Positions 1 through 9,065 of a DNA stretch of 52,535 nt are shown here, piece after piece. The stretch comes from a virus (taxonomy: Duplodnaviria > Caudoviricetes). Below the pieces are notes generated by a model that made no database searches, had not been told where the DNA came from, and saw only the letters and a program-made list of their open reading frames with translations. Positions within the stretch are counted from its first letter, which is position 1. Each line of letters starts with the position of its first letter. The DNA is taken from IMG/VR virus record IMGVR_UViG_3300044858_001628, positions 1 to 52,535 of that record; one strand, given 5' to 3'. Position numbers and translations under genes: made by a program.

Positions 1-145
1 CACTTTTGAATTTTCAATGTTCATTGCGTAAGTGGTAAATACATCATTAAGCGCACCAGCAATTACGCCAACCATTTCAGCGCTAGGCTGAACGATTGAA
101 GAATTTACGAAAGCGTTACTAATAATTACGCCTGATGTTTCAGCT
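1..145. repeat. Terminal direct repeat, left copy (circular assembly overlap)
   Basis: 1-145 equals 52391-52535 except T127 vs C52517 (synonymous Val GTA/GTG on minus strand); lies inside a coding region. Confidence 0.97.
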
Positions 146-1125
146 ATTACTTGTATGATATTGGCAGTAACGCCATTCTCACTATCAATAATCGCATCAA
201 CGTCATTCATCGCGCTACTTAGCTCTGCGCTTACAATGTAACCTGTTGCTATACTGCTTGATACGCTACTTGATGGTGGTGTGGCAAATCCTTCCGTAAC
301 GGCTTGAAAGGCGCAATTTACTGTGTTTAATGGGGCGTTAATCTCGCCTGTAACTAAGCTTCCATGACTGTAGTCAATAGCGACTGTAGATATTGGCATT
401 GTTGCTTCGCCAAATGTGCTACCTGCAACGCCACTTACAGTTGCCAATGGCATTGATAAATCACCAAAGGTTAATGCTGAAAACTGCGAATCAACTGTAG
501 CTATTGGATTAGTAGCTGTTCCAGTGATTACATTTTCCTGCTCATGGTCTGCAATTGCCGTTTGTATTGGGCTTGTAAGCGATGCTGATAACATTTCACC
601 AGTTACAATAGTTGATTCAGAGCTTACAGAAGGTTGCACTAGGATTGGCGTTAGCGCTTCACCTGTTATTAAATTAACATCAATCAACGCGATGGGGTGT
701 TCAAGAGAAGCGAAAATAGCACCAAATTCAGAGATAGAGCCGCTAAACATTGGTGATGGAATTGTTAATTCTGAATCAATGATGCCCCCACTCAATACCT
801 CTGCTGTTTGTTCTGACGCTATATTGTCAACAACACAATTTGCAACTTCACCGCATATTGTCGATGCCTCTGCTGTAGGCAATTCTTGAAGCAAGGCTGA
901 ATCTAAAATAAACCCTGTAATAATGTCAGAATTAACGTCTGATATTGTAGAAATGACATTTACATCTAACGAATCGCCATAAATAGTTTCAGCTTCAACA
1001 AGCGCAATAGGCATTACAGCAACACCTTCTGTTGCACCAACGCCAACATTAAGTGTAATGGAATCGCCAGATGGGGGCGAGTAGCCAGCTACTATATCTA
1101 ATAAAACATTAGAGCCACTTGGCAT
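1..1125 (-). CDS. 5' part of a ~510-aa acidic virion/tail protein crossing the origin (join 1125..1 + 52390..51983); missed by the ORF track
   Basis: ATG at 1125 after AGGA SD; reads MPSGSNVLLDIVAGYSPP...; frame at position 1 matches the frame of ORF 51983..52519 through the repeat. Confidence 0.85.
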   Translation of the reverse strand, partial: MPSGSNVLLDIVAGYSPPSGDSITLNVGVGATEGVAVMPIALVEAETIYGDSLDVNVISTISDVNSDIITGFILDSALLQELPTAEASTICGEVANCVVDNIASEQTAEVLSGGIIDSELTIPSPMFSGSISEFGAIFASLEHPIALIDVNLITGEALTPILVQPSVSSESTIVTGEMLSASLTSPIQTAIADHEQENVITGTATNPIATVDSQFSALTFGDLSMPLATVSGVAGSTFGEATMPISTVAIDYSHGSLVTGEINAPLNTVNCAFQAVTEGFATPPSSSVSSSIATGYIVSAELSSAMNDVDAIIDSENGVTANIIQVIAETSGVIISNAFVNSSIVQPSAEMVGVIAGALNDVFTTYAMNIENSKV

Positions 1126-1134
1126 AGTTAATTC

Positions 1135-1566
1135 CTATACAGGTATTGGAATAATTAAATCTACGATTGAAGCATTATCAGTGCCATCTGAATCATAACC
1201 AATTACTGTAAATTGTTGACCTGCGCGAGAGTAAAGCGTGATATTAAAATAACCTACTGCATCACTTCTAGTTTCAGCATAAGGAATTCCTGTTTCTCTA
1301 TCTAAAATACGCACAAGCATATTTCCTATTGTTATACCAAAGCGCTTTGTTACACCTGCTATTGTTTTTTTAGTTACTGTTGCAGTAGAACCTACAAGCA
1401 CCTCATTTGAGAGAATAGTGACCTTGTTGTAAGCGCTGGCATCTAGCGGAATCACGTTTGCAGAAAACGACCTTTGAATCAAAACGGCGTAGTTGTATAG
1501 GCTTGCCGTGTTACCGTTAATCCTGCTAGCGCCCTTTTTGATTGCAATAACGCCTAAATCTGCCAT
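1135..1566 (-). CDS. Putative tail-associated protein with C-terminal beta-sandwich (Ig/carboxypeptidase-regulatory-like)
   Basis: VRILDRETG...TRSDAVGYF...FTVIGYD pattern; follows the tail-fibre paralogues. Confidence 0.55.
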   Translation of the reverse strand: MADLGVIAIKKGASRINGNTASLYNYAVLIQRSFSANVIPLDASAYNKVTILSNEVLVGSTATVTKKTIAGVTKRFGITIGNMLVRILDRETGIPYAETRSDAVGYFNITLYSRAGQQFTVIGYDSDGTDNASIVDLIIPIPV

Positions 1567-1572
1567 GATGAA

Positions 1573-2499
1573 TTACCACGCACTTGTTTGGATAAAATAG
1601 AACTGATAAGGATAAAGTGAAAAAGCGCCATCAGGAATAGCAATCGGTAAAAATGTTTTGCCAGCATCAGAGCCAGAACCATTGATTGAATTGACCACCT
1701 TGAACAGAAAATCAAGGTATTGTCTTTCGTTCATGGCTTGTCTAATTCCGCGAAGCGTACCGTAAGGCGTATCTTTTGGGTATGTTTCGCTCACAATCTG
1801 AACCTTAGTGGTAACAATACCCTTGCCTAAAAAGCCGTCAATATGAAAATCGTTTGTTGACATTGCATACGTTTCTGCAAATGTTTGAACAACATTGGTT
1901 TCATAGCCAGAACCGATTTTAATATTAAAGTTTGTTTTTGGGCTTGAATACTGGGTAAGAAGCGGCGCATTTGAGCTTGAATAAGGAGTATTACCCTCAG
2001 ACAATGATGACTGTGGCATAATCAAGCATCTGTTTGGGTTTGACGTATCATAAGAATCAATATCGCCAAAGTAAAAAATATTCCAAACATCACCATTATT
2101 AATACGCTTGGTTAGAATATATGCGCCTTTTTCATCACCTATTACCATCCAATGCAAAGGCGCAATGCCTGATGAATCTGGCTTAACTATGTAGCCACCA
2201 GTCCCCCACACCGATGCGTAATCTGTCATACTGGTTGCATTTGATAGCGCTCTCAACTCTGTCGTGTTAATTGGGTGGCCATCATCAATTTTCAACAACT
2301 GCATTGAGCCGCCACCCATTTTATAGATAGCTTTATTAAGCGCAGCAAACTCTTTCGTCCAGCCCAGAGGCGCTTTTGTGTTGCCACCAGTACCGTAACC
2401 ATTCACCAAACAGGCATCAAGCACTGTAATGAGTGAGCCTCCGATTGATGCCATTTGTGGCGCATCAATATCTGTTGATTTAAATACATTAAACGCCAT
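1573..2499 (-). CDS. Putative tail fibre/receptor-binding protein, paralogue B
   Basis: Shares N-terminal STD.AP...L..VL.ACLVNGYG...GWTK.F with 2509..3504; Trp C-terminus; tail module position. Confidence 0.65.
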   Translation of the reverse strand: MAFNVFKSTDIDAPQMASIGGSLITVLDACLVNGYGTGGNTKAPLGWTKEFAALNKAIYKMGGGSMQLLKIDDGHPINTTELRALSNATSMTDYASVWGTGGYIVKPDSSGIAPLHWMVIGDEKGAYILTKRINNGDVWNIFYFGDIDSYDTSNPNRCLIMPQSSLSEGNTPYSSSNAPLLTQYSSPKTNFNIKIGSGYETNVVQTFAETYAMSTNDFHIDGFLGKGIVTTKVQIVSETYPKDTPYGTLRGIRQAMNERQYLDFLFKVVNSINGSGSDAGKTFLPIAIPDGAFSLYPYQFYFIQTSAW

Positions 2500-2508
2500 A
2501 ATTTAGCC

Positions 2509-3504
2509 CTACCAAGTATCTGATGTTTCAATAATAAGTTGACCGCCAGCCGCCATATTAAAGGCTTCAAACGTCTTGCCAGCGTATGCGCCGCTACCAG
2601 AAAACGTGTCATTGTTTGCTAGCGGTCTATTGTGTAATGGCGACCATACGCCGCGCATCGTACCAATAGGCACGATAGAGCCAGTTGTCACGTAAAGCTG
2701 GTTTTTTGCCATCAAAATACCACCGCCAAGCGCAGGATAGCCAGCACCTTGTGCGCCGCTTCTGGTTTGGGAGGAATTGGTAGAGAAATCTTCCGCTAAA
2801 CGACCAACGAAAGGCGATTGCAAGGCGGAAATAGGATGCTCGGCAATATGAATATGAGAATTGCTGTTTTGTGTGGTTGAATATGCATAACCTTGTTGCT
2901 GTCCGAATTCCTCTAGCGCAAGCGCAGGCACAGTTGCAGTTAAAGGCGAAGCTGAATTTGATGATAGTGCTTGTGAATCACTGGCAACATATCTAGCAGA
3001 TAGCCCAAAGATAGCGCTACCTGTAATTGAATCAATATCGCCTGCGTAAGTTCCGCACCATTCGTTAGCTACTTCACCAGTTTTAATCATCAATATAAAT
3101 GTTCTATCATCTGCGATTAAAACCCATTCACGAACTATCGCATCTGTAGCAGTTGACTTGCAAATAGCACAACCTGTTGTACTGCTTGCAACTGTAACTT
3201 GTGATGGAAACTGCATACCAAGAGTATCAATCCCTGTGGCTGTTTTAGCACCACGAATACGCGCCCATCGTTTGTGTGTCAAAATTTCATCACGCACCCA
3301 CAAATACTGGCCTGAGCCAGTAGTGGGATTGTTGCGATAAACTACACGCGAGCCTATGGCTTCAAAGGCTTTAGTCCATCCAGCCGCAGGCTTTGTACCA
3401 TAACCATTTACAAGGCAAGCGTTTAAAACTGAAAGCAATGCGCCATCAATCGCGGTAAGTGGCGGCGCGCTTGCGTCCGTACTTCTGTAAACTGTAACTG
3501 TCAT
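2509..3504 (-). CDS. Putative tail fibre/receptor-binding protein, paralogue A
   Basis: As above; ends GRVWSP-like segment and IETSDTW. Confidence 0.65.
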   Translation of the reverse strand: MTVTVYRSTDASAPPLTAIDGALLSVLNACLVNGYGTKPAAGWTKAFEAIGSRVVYRNNPTTGSGQYLWVRDEILTHKRWARIRGAKTATGIDTLGMQFPSQVTVASSTTGCAICKSTATDAIVREWVLIADDRTFILMIKTGEVANEWCGTYAGDIDSITGSAIFGLSARYVASDSQALSSNSASPLTATVPALALEEFGQQQGYAYSTTQNSNSHIHIAEHPISALQSPFVGRLAEDFSTNSSQTRSGAQGAGYPALGGGILMAKNQLYVTTGSIVPIGTMRGVWSPLHNRPLANNDTFSGSGAYAGKTFEAFNMAAGGQLIIETSDTW

Positions 3505-3518
3505 GGTAAGCCTCTAAA

Positions 3519-4379
3519 TTAAGCCGCAGGTTGAGTGTAAGTGAAGCTTGATACTGTTTGCACCGCGCTTAAAGCGATTGTAGTGCTTGTCATGTTGATT
3601 TGAGCGCCAGTAGTTGCCACAGCACCATCAAAACGAGCATTTGTCGTTGATGCAGTAGCAGGGTCGTCACCTTCTTCATAGCAACGAAACCAGCCAGCCG
3701 TACCAGCCGCAACCGCAGTACCAGCCCAATTGTCACCACTTGGTTTAGTTGCCGCCCCAGCACTTGCAGGATTCCACTCAAGACCTGTTACACCATCACC
3801 GCCTTTAGTTACTGTAAACAATAATGTGCCAGTAGCAACATCATTAGCAGTAGTTGGTTGAGCGCCAGAGTAAACATTGATTTTGCAACCACGCATGATT
3901 TCAGTAAAACCATCTAAGATTTCTTCAATCACTACATCATCAAACAAGACTGTTTCACCTGTTACAGCACTGTCATTGTTTAGTGTGAAGCGTGTTGTTG
4001 TTGCAGAAGCTACGAAAGCGACTTGTTTTTGAGTTAATGTTGCATCAGTTTCAGTTGCACCATCAAAGATTGATTTAGGTGCGGCTGTTGTACCAACATC
4101 AATTGAACCGCCAGCCGCAGTACCTTTTTTGAACTTAACTTTCGCCAAGTAAACGCGACCAATGCGAGTTGTTAAATCAATGTAAGCAGAGCCAGCAGAA
4201 GCGCCAGAGTTTGCAATTTCCAAGCCAGTGGTTGAGCTTGAACCGCCAGCCGCCACAGCAAGCGTAGCGCCTGATGCTGTCCAGCCAGTAGTGTTTGCAT
4301 CGAAAGTGCCATTAGTTACCAAGTTAGCTTTAGCGCCAATTAACTTGTCACGTAAGCCAGTAGAAAGACGTAGAGCCAT
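3519..4379 (-). CDS. Virion structural protein with inserted carbohydrate-binding-like (CBM4/9-type) domain
   Basis: MALRLSTGLR N-terminus and YSGAQP...GTAGWFR...DGAV C-terminus flank an NLVTNGTFD..TTGW...LFDDVVI jelly-roll segment. Confidence 0.6.
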   Translation of the reverse strand: MALRLSTGLRDKLIGAKANLVTNGTFDANTTGWTASGATLAVAAGGSSSTTGLEIANSGASAGSAYIDLTTRIGRVYLAKVKFKKGTAAGGSIDVGTTAAPKSIFDGATETDATLTQKQVAFVASATTTRFTLNNDSAVTGETVLFDDVVIEEILDGFTEIMRGCKINVYSGAQPTTANDVATGTLLFTVTKGGDGVTGLEWNPASAGAATKPSGDNWAGTAVAAGTAGWFRCYEEGDDPATASTTNARFDGAVATTGAQINMTSTTIALSAVQTVSSFTYTQPAA

Positions 4380-4404
4380 TTTAGTACCCCTTATAAAATA
4401 TTAT

Positions 4405-5721
4405 TTATAGATTCTCGGCATCTACATTCATTGGGACTGATTCAATAGAGGCATTTAAAAGCTCACCTACTGAAACTAGCCCTCCAATGTCTGCAGGTGG
4501 AGAATCAATGTTTGATAGCATAATTATTCTTCGTGCGTTGTAAGGCACTGTTTCGGAATTGAATGAGATAACGATGTGATTCTGACCATTTTGCTCTCGG
4601 TAAAGACCGCTTGCACTTCCAGCCTCACCAAAAGAAAAAACGCCATCTGTCATATTGACTACCTGACCGCCATCAAATCCAGCAATAGCCCCTTTGTTAG
4701 AAGCCCACAACATACCATTTGGCTTGTCACCTATTTTCTGTATGCTTACTGGAGAGCCTTGAATAGCGCCATAATTTAGCACGGTCGATAGAGTAAAGTC
4801 TTGTGAGTTACTCCCTGATAAGAAGTATGTATTTTCCTTAGTGGCGACATAGATTCCATCATTCACTTCCGCGCACATGAGAATATCGCCATCAAACGCT
4901 ACAAAATCTTGTGAATAATTGATTAGCTCAAAGTTAAATGGCAGGCTTTCCCATAAGACATTGCCATGAGCGTAGTACATTCGACCTCTGTAATAGCACG
5001 CTGTTTGGAAAGCTACAGGCTTATCACAAAACTGGTTTGTAATCGCAATACCAAAGTTTAACGTATCGCCTGTATAGTCAATGCTTATAAGGCTTGCGAC
5101 TGATATTGCTACACTTCTTGCGAGGTATAGAACGTCACCATTAACGGTTGATAGATATAGGTTGATATGACTTGCATCGTCAGGGATGTTGCTTGGTGTA
5201 TTAACGTGAATACCACCATTATTGATAGTTGCTTGCCCTGACAATCCAGCGCCAGATTCAAGCCCATCATTTCTGGTATAAGTGATTGCATATAGGTAAC
5301 TGCCCTGTGGCATTAACCCTACAATCTGCGAATAACTAGGTGTAATTGGTGTGCTAATACCCAATTTTCTTGATGAATTATTTTCAATGACACCAGAATC
5401 AATGCCATTACTCCAATAAATCTTATTGTTTATTTCGGTTGAATGTAACCAATTTGCTGTAAATAGATTGCTATCAACCAATATTCCACCGCTTAAATCA
5501 CTCACCTTAAATAAATCTGAACCTGATTGATAGAGTAATGCGCTTTTTGTTGCACTTGCCACATCAATACTGGTTGTTATCAGCCGTTTTCTACCTTTCC
5601 TAGTAGATAGCTTGTTGTTACGACTTATATCGACATTCTCTGCAACTTGCAGGCGTTTAAGTCCGTACTCTGTCGGGCTGTTCTGGTTGTCTAATCCACC
5701 AAACTCTTTGATTGTAGGCAT
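4405..5721 (-). CDS. Putative tail tubular / head-stabilisation protein (beta-propeller-like)
   Basis: FGGLDN N-terminus, beta-rich, directly downstream of adaptor gene as in podoviruses. Confidence 0.55.
   Translation of the reverse strand: MPTIKEFGGLDNQNSPTEYGLKRLQVAENVDISRNNKLSTRKGRKRLITTSIDVASATKSALLYQSGSDLFKVSDLSGGILVDSNLFTANWLHSTEINNKIYWSNGIDSGVIENNSSRKLGISTPITPSYSQIVGLMPQGSYLYAITYTRNDGLESGAGLSGQATINNGGIHVNTPSNIPDDASHINLYLSTVNGDVLYLARSVAISVASLISIDYTGDTLNFGIAITNQFCDKPVAFQTACYYRGRMYYAHGNVLWESLPFNFELINYSQDFVAFDGDILMCAEVNDGIYVATKENTYFLSGSNSQDFTLSTVLNYGAIQGSPVSIQKIGDKPNGMLWASNKGAIAGFDGGQVVNMTDGVFSFGEAGSASGLYREQNGQNHIVISFNSETVPYNARRIIMLSNIDSPPADIGGLVSVGELLNASIESVPMNVDAENL
4517..4542 (-). promoter_or_regulatory. 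Late-promoter motif copy 1 (TACAACGCA-N11-TATGCT)
   Basis: Motif 4534-4542, -10 box 4517-4522; upstream of gene 3519..4379. Confidence 0.7.
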
Positions 5722-6380
5722 TAGAAACTTCCATCTAGGCTATCGTAAGGCAGGTTGTTTAAGTCAAATTCGATGTTGTACGCTGGTCTAGCTTCGCCAA
5801 ACTCTCGCGCAAACAGTGTTAAAGCCTCAATGCTTGCATTTTTATCAAGCGTATCAGCGTCTTTCTTTAGGTAAGCTCTATGCTTAATCCAGTGAATTAG
5901 CGCCATGTGGTAACGAGATTTAATCTCTGGCTTATCTTGTAAGCCGACCATGTTGTTTAGCTGTGTACGTACTACGCGCAATCTGACTACGCCATCAATG
6001 CGAGGTGTAGGGTATAGGCGCAATTTATCAGTTTCAAAGTCTGTGATAACTGCCTTTGGTGTACCTGTTGAATTTCGCCAGCCTGATACATTCTCATTCA
6101 TCCAGCCAACCGTTGCGCCTGTAATGACTGAACCTTCTGCATCAACTACATCTTTAATCGCTAAAATTCGTTCATCAAGGCTGTATAGCGCTGTGTTTGC
6201 AACAATAGCAATCTCACAAACCTCAACTGTTGATGAATCAATGATTAGGCGAGAACGCCTGCAAGCTTGTTCTTGCGCTTCGTTTGCATAAGCAATTAGC
6301 TCTGAATCACTCCAAAGATAATCTGCCTCTGTATCGTCTAACTCAAGCCTTGCCTGCGTTAATATCTCGCCTAGATTCAT
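5721..6380 (-). CDS. Head-tail adaptor (DUF6682-like)
   Basis: AR.ELDD...LWSDSELIAYANEAQ and LRLYPTP...YH.AL..W..HRAY.K.DADT motifs; position after capsid. Confidence 0.7.
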   Translation of the reverse strand: MNLGEILTQARLELDDTEADYLWSDSELIAYANEAQEQACRRSRLIIDSSTVEVCEIAIVANTALYSLDERILAIKDVVDAEGSVITGATVGWMNENVSGWRNSTGTPKAVITDFETDKLRLYPTPRIDGVVRLRVVRTQLNNMVGLQDKPEIKSRYHMALIHWIKHRAYLKKDADTLDKNASIEALTLFAREFGEARPAYNIEFDLNNLPYDSLDGSF

Positions 6381-6640
6381 TACTCACCGCCTAATTGTGC
6401 CGCAAGTTGTGGGTCTGTTTCAGTTGTAGCAACAGCATTTGGAATAGCTGGTTCAGCAGGTTTAGCACCACCTTTACCGCCTTTACCACCGCCAGCAGGC
6501 TTACCACCAGCTAAAGCATTACCTTCACCATCAAGCAACTCACCGCTTGCATCAAAGTAATTACCATCTTGCTCAAAGCGTGCGATACCAAAAAAACCAC
6601 CGATGATGCCGAAGTCTTTTGACTTGTCTAATTTAGCCAT
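6380..6640 (-). CDS. Small virion-associated hypothetical protein
   Basis: Coupled start/stop with neighbours; ARFEQDGNYFDASG segment. Confidence 0.7.
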   Translation of the reverse strand: MAKLDKSKDFGIIGGFFGIARFEQDGNYFDASGELLDGEGNALAGGKPAGGGKGGKGGAKPAEPAIPNAVATTETDPQLAAQLGGE

Positions 6641-6849
6641 CAGTCGCCATCCTTGTCAGTGTCTTTACCAAAATCTGAATCATTGTCGTTATCTAAACGA
6701 CCAATGCCAGCGCGACTACCGTAGCCAACATCTAAGCCACCACCGTATGTATCACTAACGCCAGTATTTACGCCTTTATCGGGTGCATTACCTACTGCTT
6801 CCTCTTGGCATTTCTCTGTGTTGTGATTATTAAAAATGTCTTTTGCCAT
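6640..6849 (-). CDS. Hypothetical protein (G/D-rich)
   Basis: GGAG SD; coupled to downstream gene. Confidence 0.7.
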   Translation of the reverse strand: MAKDIFNNHNTEKCQEEAVGNAPDKGVNTGVSDTYGGGLDVGYGSRAGIGRLDNDNDSDFGKDTDKDGD

Positions 6850-6871
6850 TTTAATTACTCCTAATCGGTTA

Positions 6872-6905
6872 AAAAGAGAAAGCCCACCGAAGCAGGCTTT
6901 CTTTT
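6872..6905 (-). terminator. Rho-independent terminator after the major capsid gene
   Basis: GAAAGCC/GGCTTTC stem flanked by A and T tracts just after the capsid stop codon. Confidence 0.7.
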
Positions 6906-6916
6906 AGGTGTTTCTA

Positions 6917-7855
6917 CTAAGAAGCAGAACCCCATTTAACGATACGCGCTTGCGTAGCATCGCTGTGAACTAAGCCGAAGCCGCCCAAGTAATACCAAGC
7001 AACACCCATTGAGCGACCATAATCGCTAGGGATTTTACCGCGCACTTCTTCTGGGATTGCAATACCTTCTGCAACTCGGTCAGCACCCATGAAGTGAACT
7101 TGGCTTGATTTGCCGTTAGACCAAGCTTCTGCCGCGATATTGGTTTGCTCAACAAAGCGCACGCCTTCATAACGACCAATTTCACCAGCTAGAATCATGG
7201 TAAAGCCATCATTCGTGTATTGGTGCAATGCTTCTAAGTCGTTTTTCAACTGACGAAACGCTGTAGGGCGACCTACTGCAACATAGTCATTACCCATGTA
7301 TGTAGGAATGTTACGTTCTTTCATCACATCAACGATTGCTTTTACATGGTCTTTACCTAAAGCCACGTTGTTGATGATAGTAGGCGTACCGTTTGTCACC
7401 AATGTAATTGCACTTGTTGAAGTACCGCCAGTAGGTGAAACAACCAATGGCGTTGCATTGAATTGAGCGTAAGCCGCATCATCCAATGTTTCAGACGCAT
7501 CTGTTTTCATCACGTTTTGGATGATTGATTTAACTGGCAACTCTGATAAGTTGTCCAATTTGCCAGAAAATGGCACGCTGTTACCGTACTCGGTGATAAC
7601 CAACTCGCCTTGTGTAATCACAAAGTTTGTTTCTGGAATCGCTGTGCCTTCTGTTAATGCCGCGCCCTTAGTTGCCGCGCGAGAGAACACATCCCAATGG
7701 AATTTGTTACCCTTATTTTTGCCAACCGCATCTTCTGGTTGTGTTAATTGACGAAACTTGGTCATCGGTTTAACCGCATGACGCAAAACTTTTGATAACT
7801 TTGCTGATGATAAGAAACCACCTAAGTTATTTGTACCCCATAATTGTCCAGCCAT
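6917..7855 (-). CDS. Major capsid protein (N4-gp56-like, HK97 fold)
   Basis: LTEG..IPET...EYGNSV, GEIGRYEGVRFVE and DYGRSMGVAWY motifs; follows scaffold; strong GGAG SD. Confidence 0.9.
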   Translation of the reverse strand: MAGQLWGTNNLGGFLSSAKLSKVLRHAVKPMTKFRQLTQPEDAVGKNKGNKFHWDVFSRAATKGAALTEGTAIPETNFVITQGELVITEYGNSVPFSGKLDNLSELPVKSIIQNVMKTDASETLDDAAYAQFNATPLVVSPTGGTSTSAITLVTNGTPTIINNVALGKDHVKAIVDVMKERNIPTYMGNDYVAVGRPTAFRQLKNDLEALHQYTNDGFTMILAGEIGRYEGVRFVEQTNIAAEAWSNGKSSQVHFMGADRVAEGIAIPEEVRGKIPSDYGRSMGVAWYYLGGFGLVHSDATQARIVKWGSAS

Positions 7856-7885
7856 GATAAATACTCCTAATAAACGTAAGATAAA

Positions 7886-8785
7886 TTACGCGATTAGCCC
7901 TCTTGCCTTCCTCATTTCGGCAATAATGTCCGAAGCTGATTCTAAAGGCTCTTCTTGGCTTGCCGCGCTTGCACTATTGGATGGCACTTGTTCCATGCCA
8001 GCCTTTTTAGCAACTCTGTCGTTACGAATGGTTGAGCTTTGGTTGCCTGTCGTTCCACCTGTTAAATCAGTTATCCAGCCTCGCGCTCTATTACCTGCGG
8101 CTACCAGTGCGTCATATTGTGTTGCATGACCGCCTGATTGCATTTCCTCTGCGAGAAAACCGTTAGTAATACTTGCAAGGTGTGGGTCGCTGACTACATC
8201 GGCATATTCGCCAGAAAACTTTGTCAATGCACTGTCCACATCAAGTTGTTGCTTTACTTTTGCCGCTACATCATCCGTATCAAACGATTGGGTAGAGTTT
8301 CCTCGCCCTGTCGCTAACATCGCCAATGACTGTGCCGCACCTTCTTCATCACCATTTAACAGCGCTTCAATCGCTGATTTGGCAATGTTTGTTGCATCCT
8401 CACCCACTTCTGGGCTTGATTCGTTTGCTGGCGAGGTCTTAGCCTTCGCCAAATATTCTTCTGCTTCTCGTAGCTTTGCGCTTGCCTCATTCAGCCTGCG
8501 ACTTGCTACAGCATCTTTTTGATAGGATTTAATAACCTCTGATAGCGGAACTTCTTGCTCTACGCCATCAAGCTTAACTTTAACTAAACCACCATCTGCG
8601 CCTGTTGCCGCTTCAATTTGCGTATCAAATGACTGCTCTTGCTCACCTTCTTGAGCTAAACGTGCTTTTTCAGCCAATTGCTCATATATATCTAGGTATT
8701 CATCTGCCACTGTTCTTACATTGTTTGTATCTACTGCATTTTCATCACTTACTGCATTAACATTAGCGTCTTGATTGATAGCCAT
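7886..8785 (-). CDS. Capsid scaffolding protein
   Basis: Acidic, helical; VKVKLDGVEQEVPLSEVIKSYQK motif; basic C-terminus; between portal and capsid. Confidence 0.75.
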   Translation of the reverse strand: MAINQDANVNAVSDENAVDTNNVRTVADEYLDIYEQLAEKARLAQEGEQEQSFDTQIEAATGADGGLVKVKLDGVEQEVPLSEVIKSYQKDAVASRRLNEASAKLREAEEYLAKAKTSPANESSPEVGEDATNIAKSAIEALLNGDEEGAAQSLAMLATGRGNSTQSFDTDDVAAKVKQQLDVDSALTKFSGEYADVVSDPHLASITNGFLAEEMQSGGHATQYDALVAAGNRARGWITDLTGGTTGNQSSTIRNDRVAKKAGMEQVPSNSASAASQEEPLESASDIIAEMRKARGLIA

Positions 8786-8789
8786 TGTT

Positions 8790-9065
8790 TTATCCTTGAT
8801 TATTTAAAATATGCTCTGCCCCTGCCGCCTGCGCCATCGCTTCACTTAGCCATAAAAACATACACTCTGCTACTGCGATTTGTTGTTGCACTGCCTGTAT
8901 CGCCTTAAAATCGTGTGCATCTATCGTTTTAAGCTTAACCAAGCAATCTTCAACCTCTGTAACTGCACGCTCTTGGATGTATTGCCCCAAGCCTGTATTT
9001 AAAAACCGTTGAGCATCTAAGCCTAATTCAACTTTCGCTAGTAACTCATTCTGTTCTTTACTCAA
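8790..9065 (-). CDS. Small conserved head-module protein
   Basis: Helical 91-aa ORF overlapping the portal stop, typical portal-scaffold spacer gene. Confidence 0.7.
   Translation of the reverse strand: MSKEQNELLAKVELGLDAQRFLNTGLGQYIQERAVTEVEDCLVKLKTIDAHDFKAIQAVQQQIAVAECMFLWLSEAMAQAAGAEHILNNQG

Noticed and set aside
1-145. Biological direct terminal repeat of the virion DNA
   Set aside because: Falls in mid-gene far from the terminase genes; more simply an assembly overlap, though read data are needed to be sure
416-889. 157-aa plus-strand ORF, and similar antisense ORFs such as 5950..6291, 40149..40589, 43671..44087, 44757..45176
   Set aside because: Antisense shadows of well-supported minus-strand genes; no SD or operon context
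1573-3504. Diversity-generating retroelement or invertible tail-fibre switch
   Set aside because: No reverse transcriptase or invertase gene, no near-identical template/variable repeat pair, and both paralogues are co-oriented
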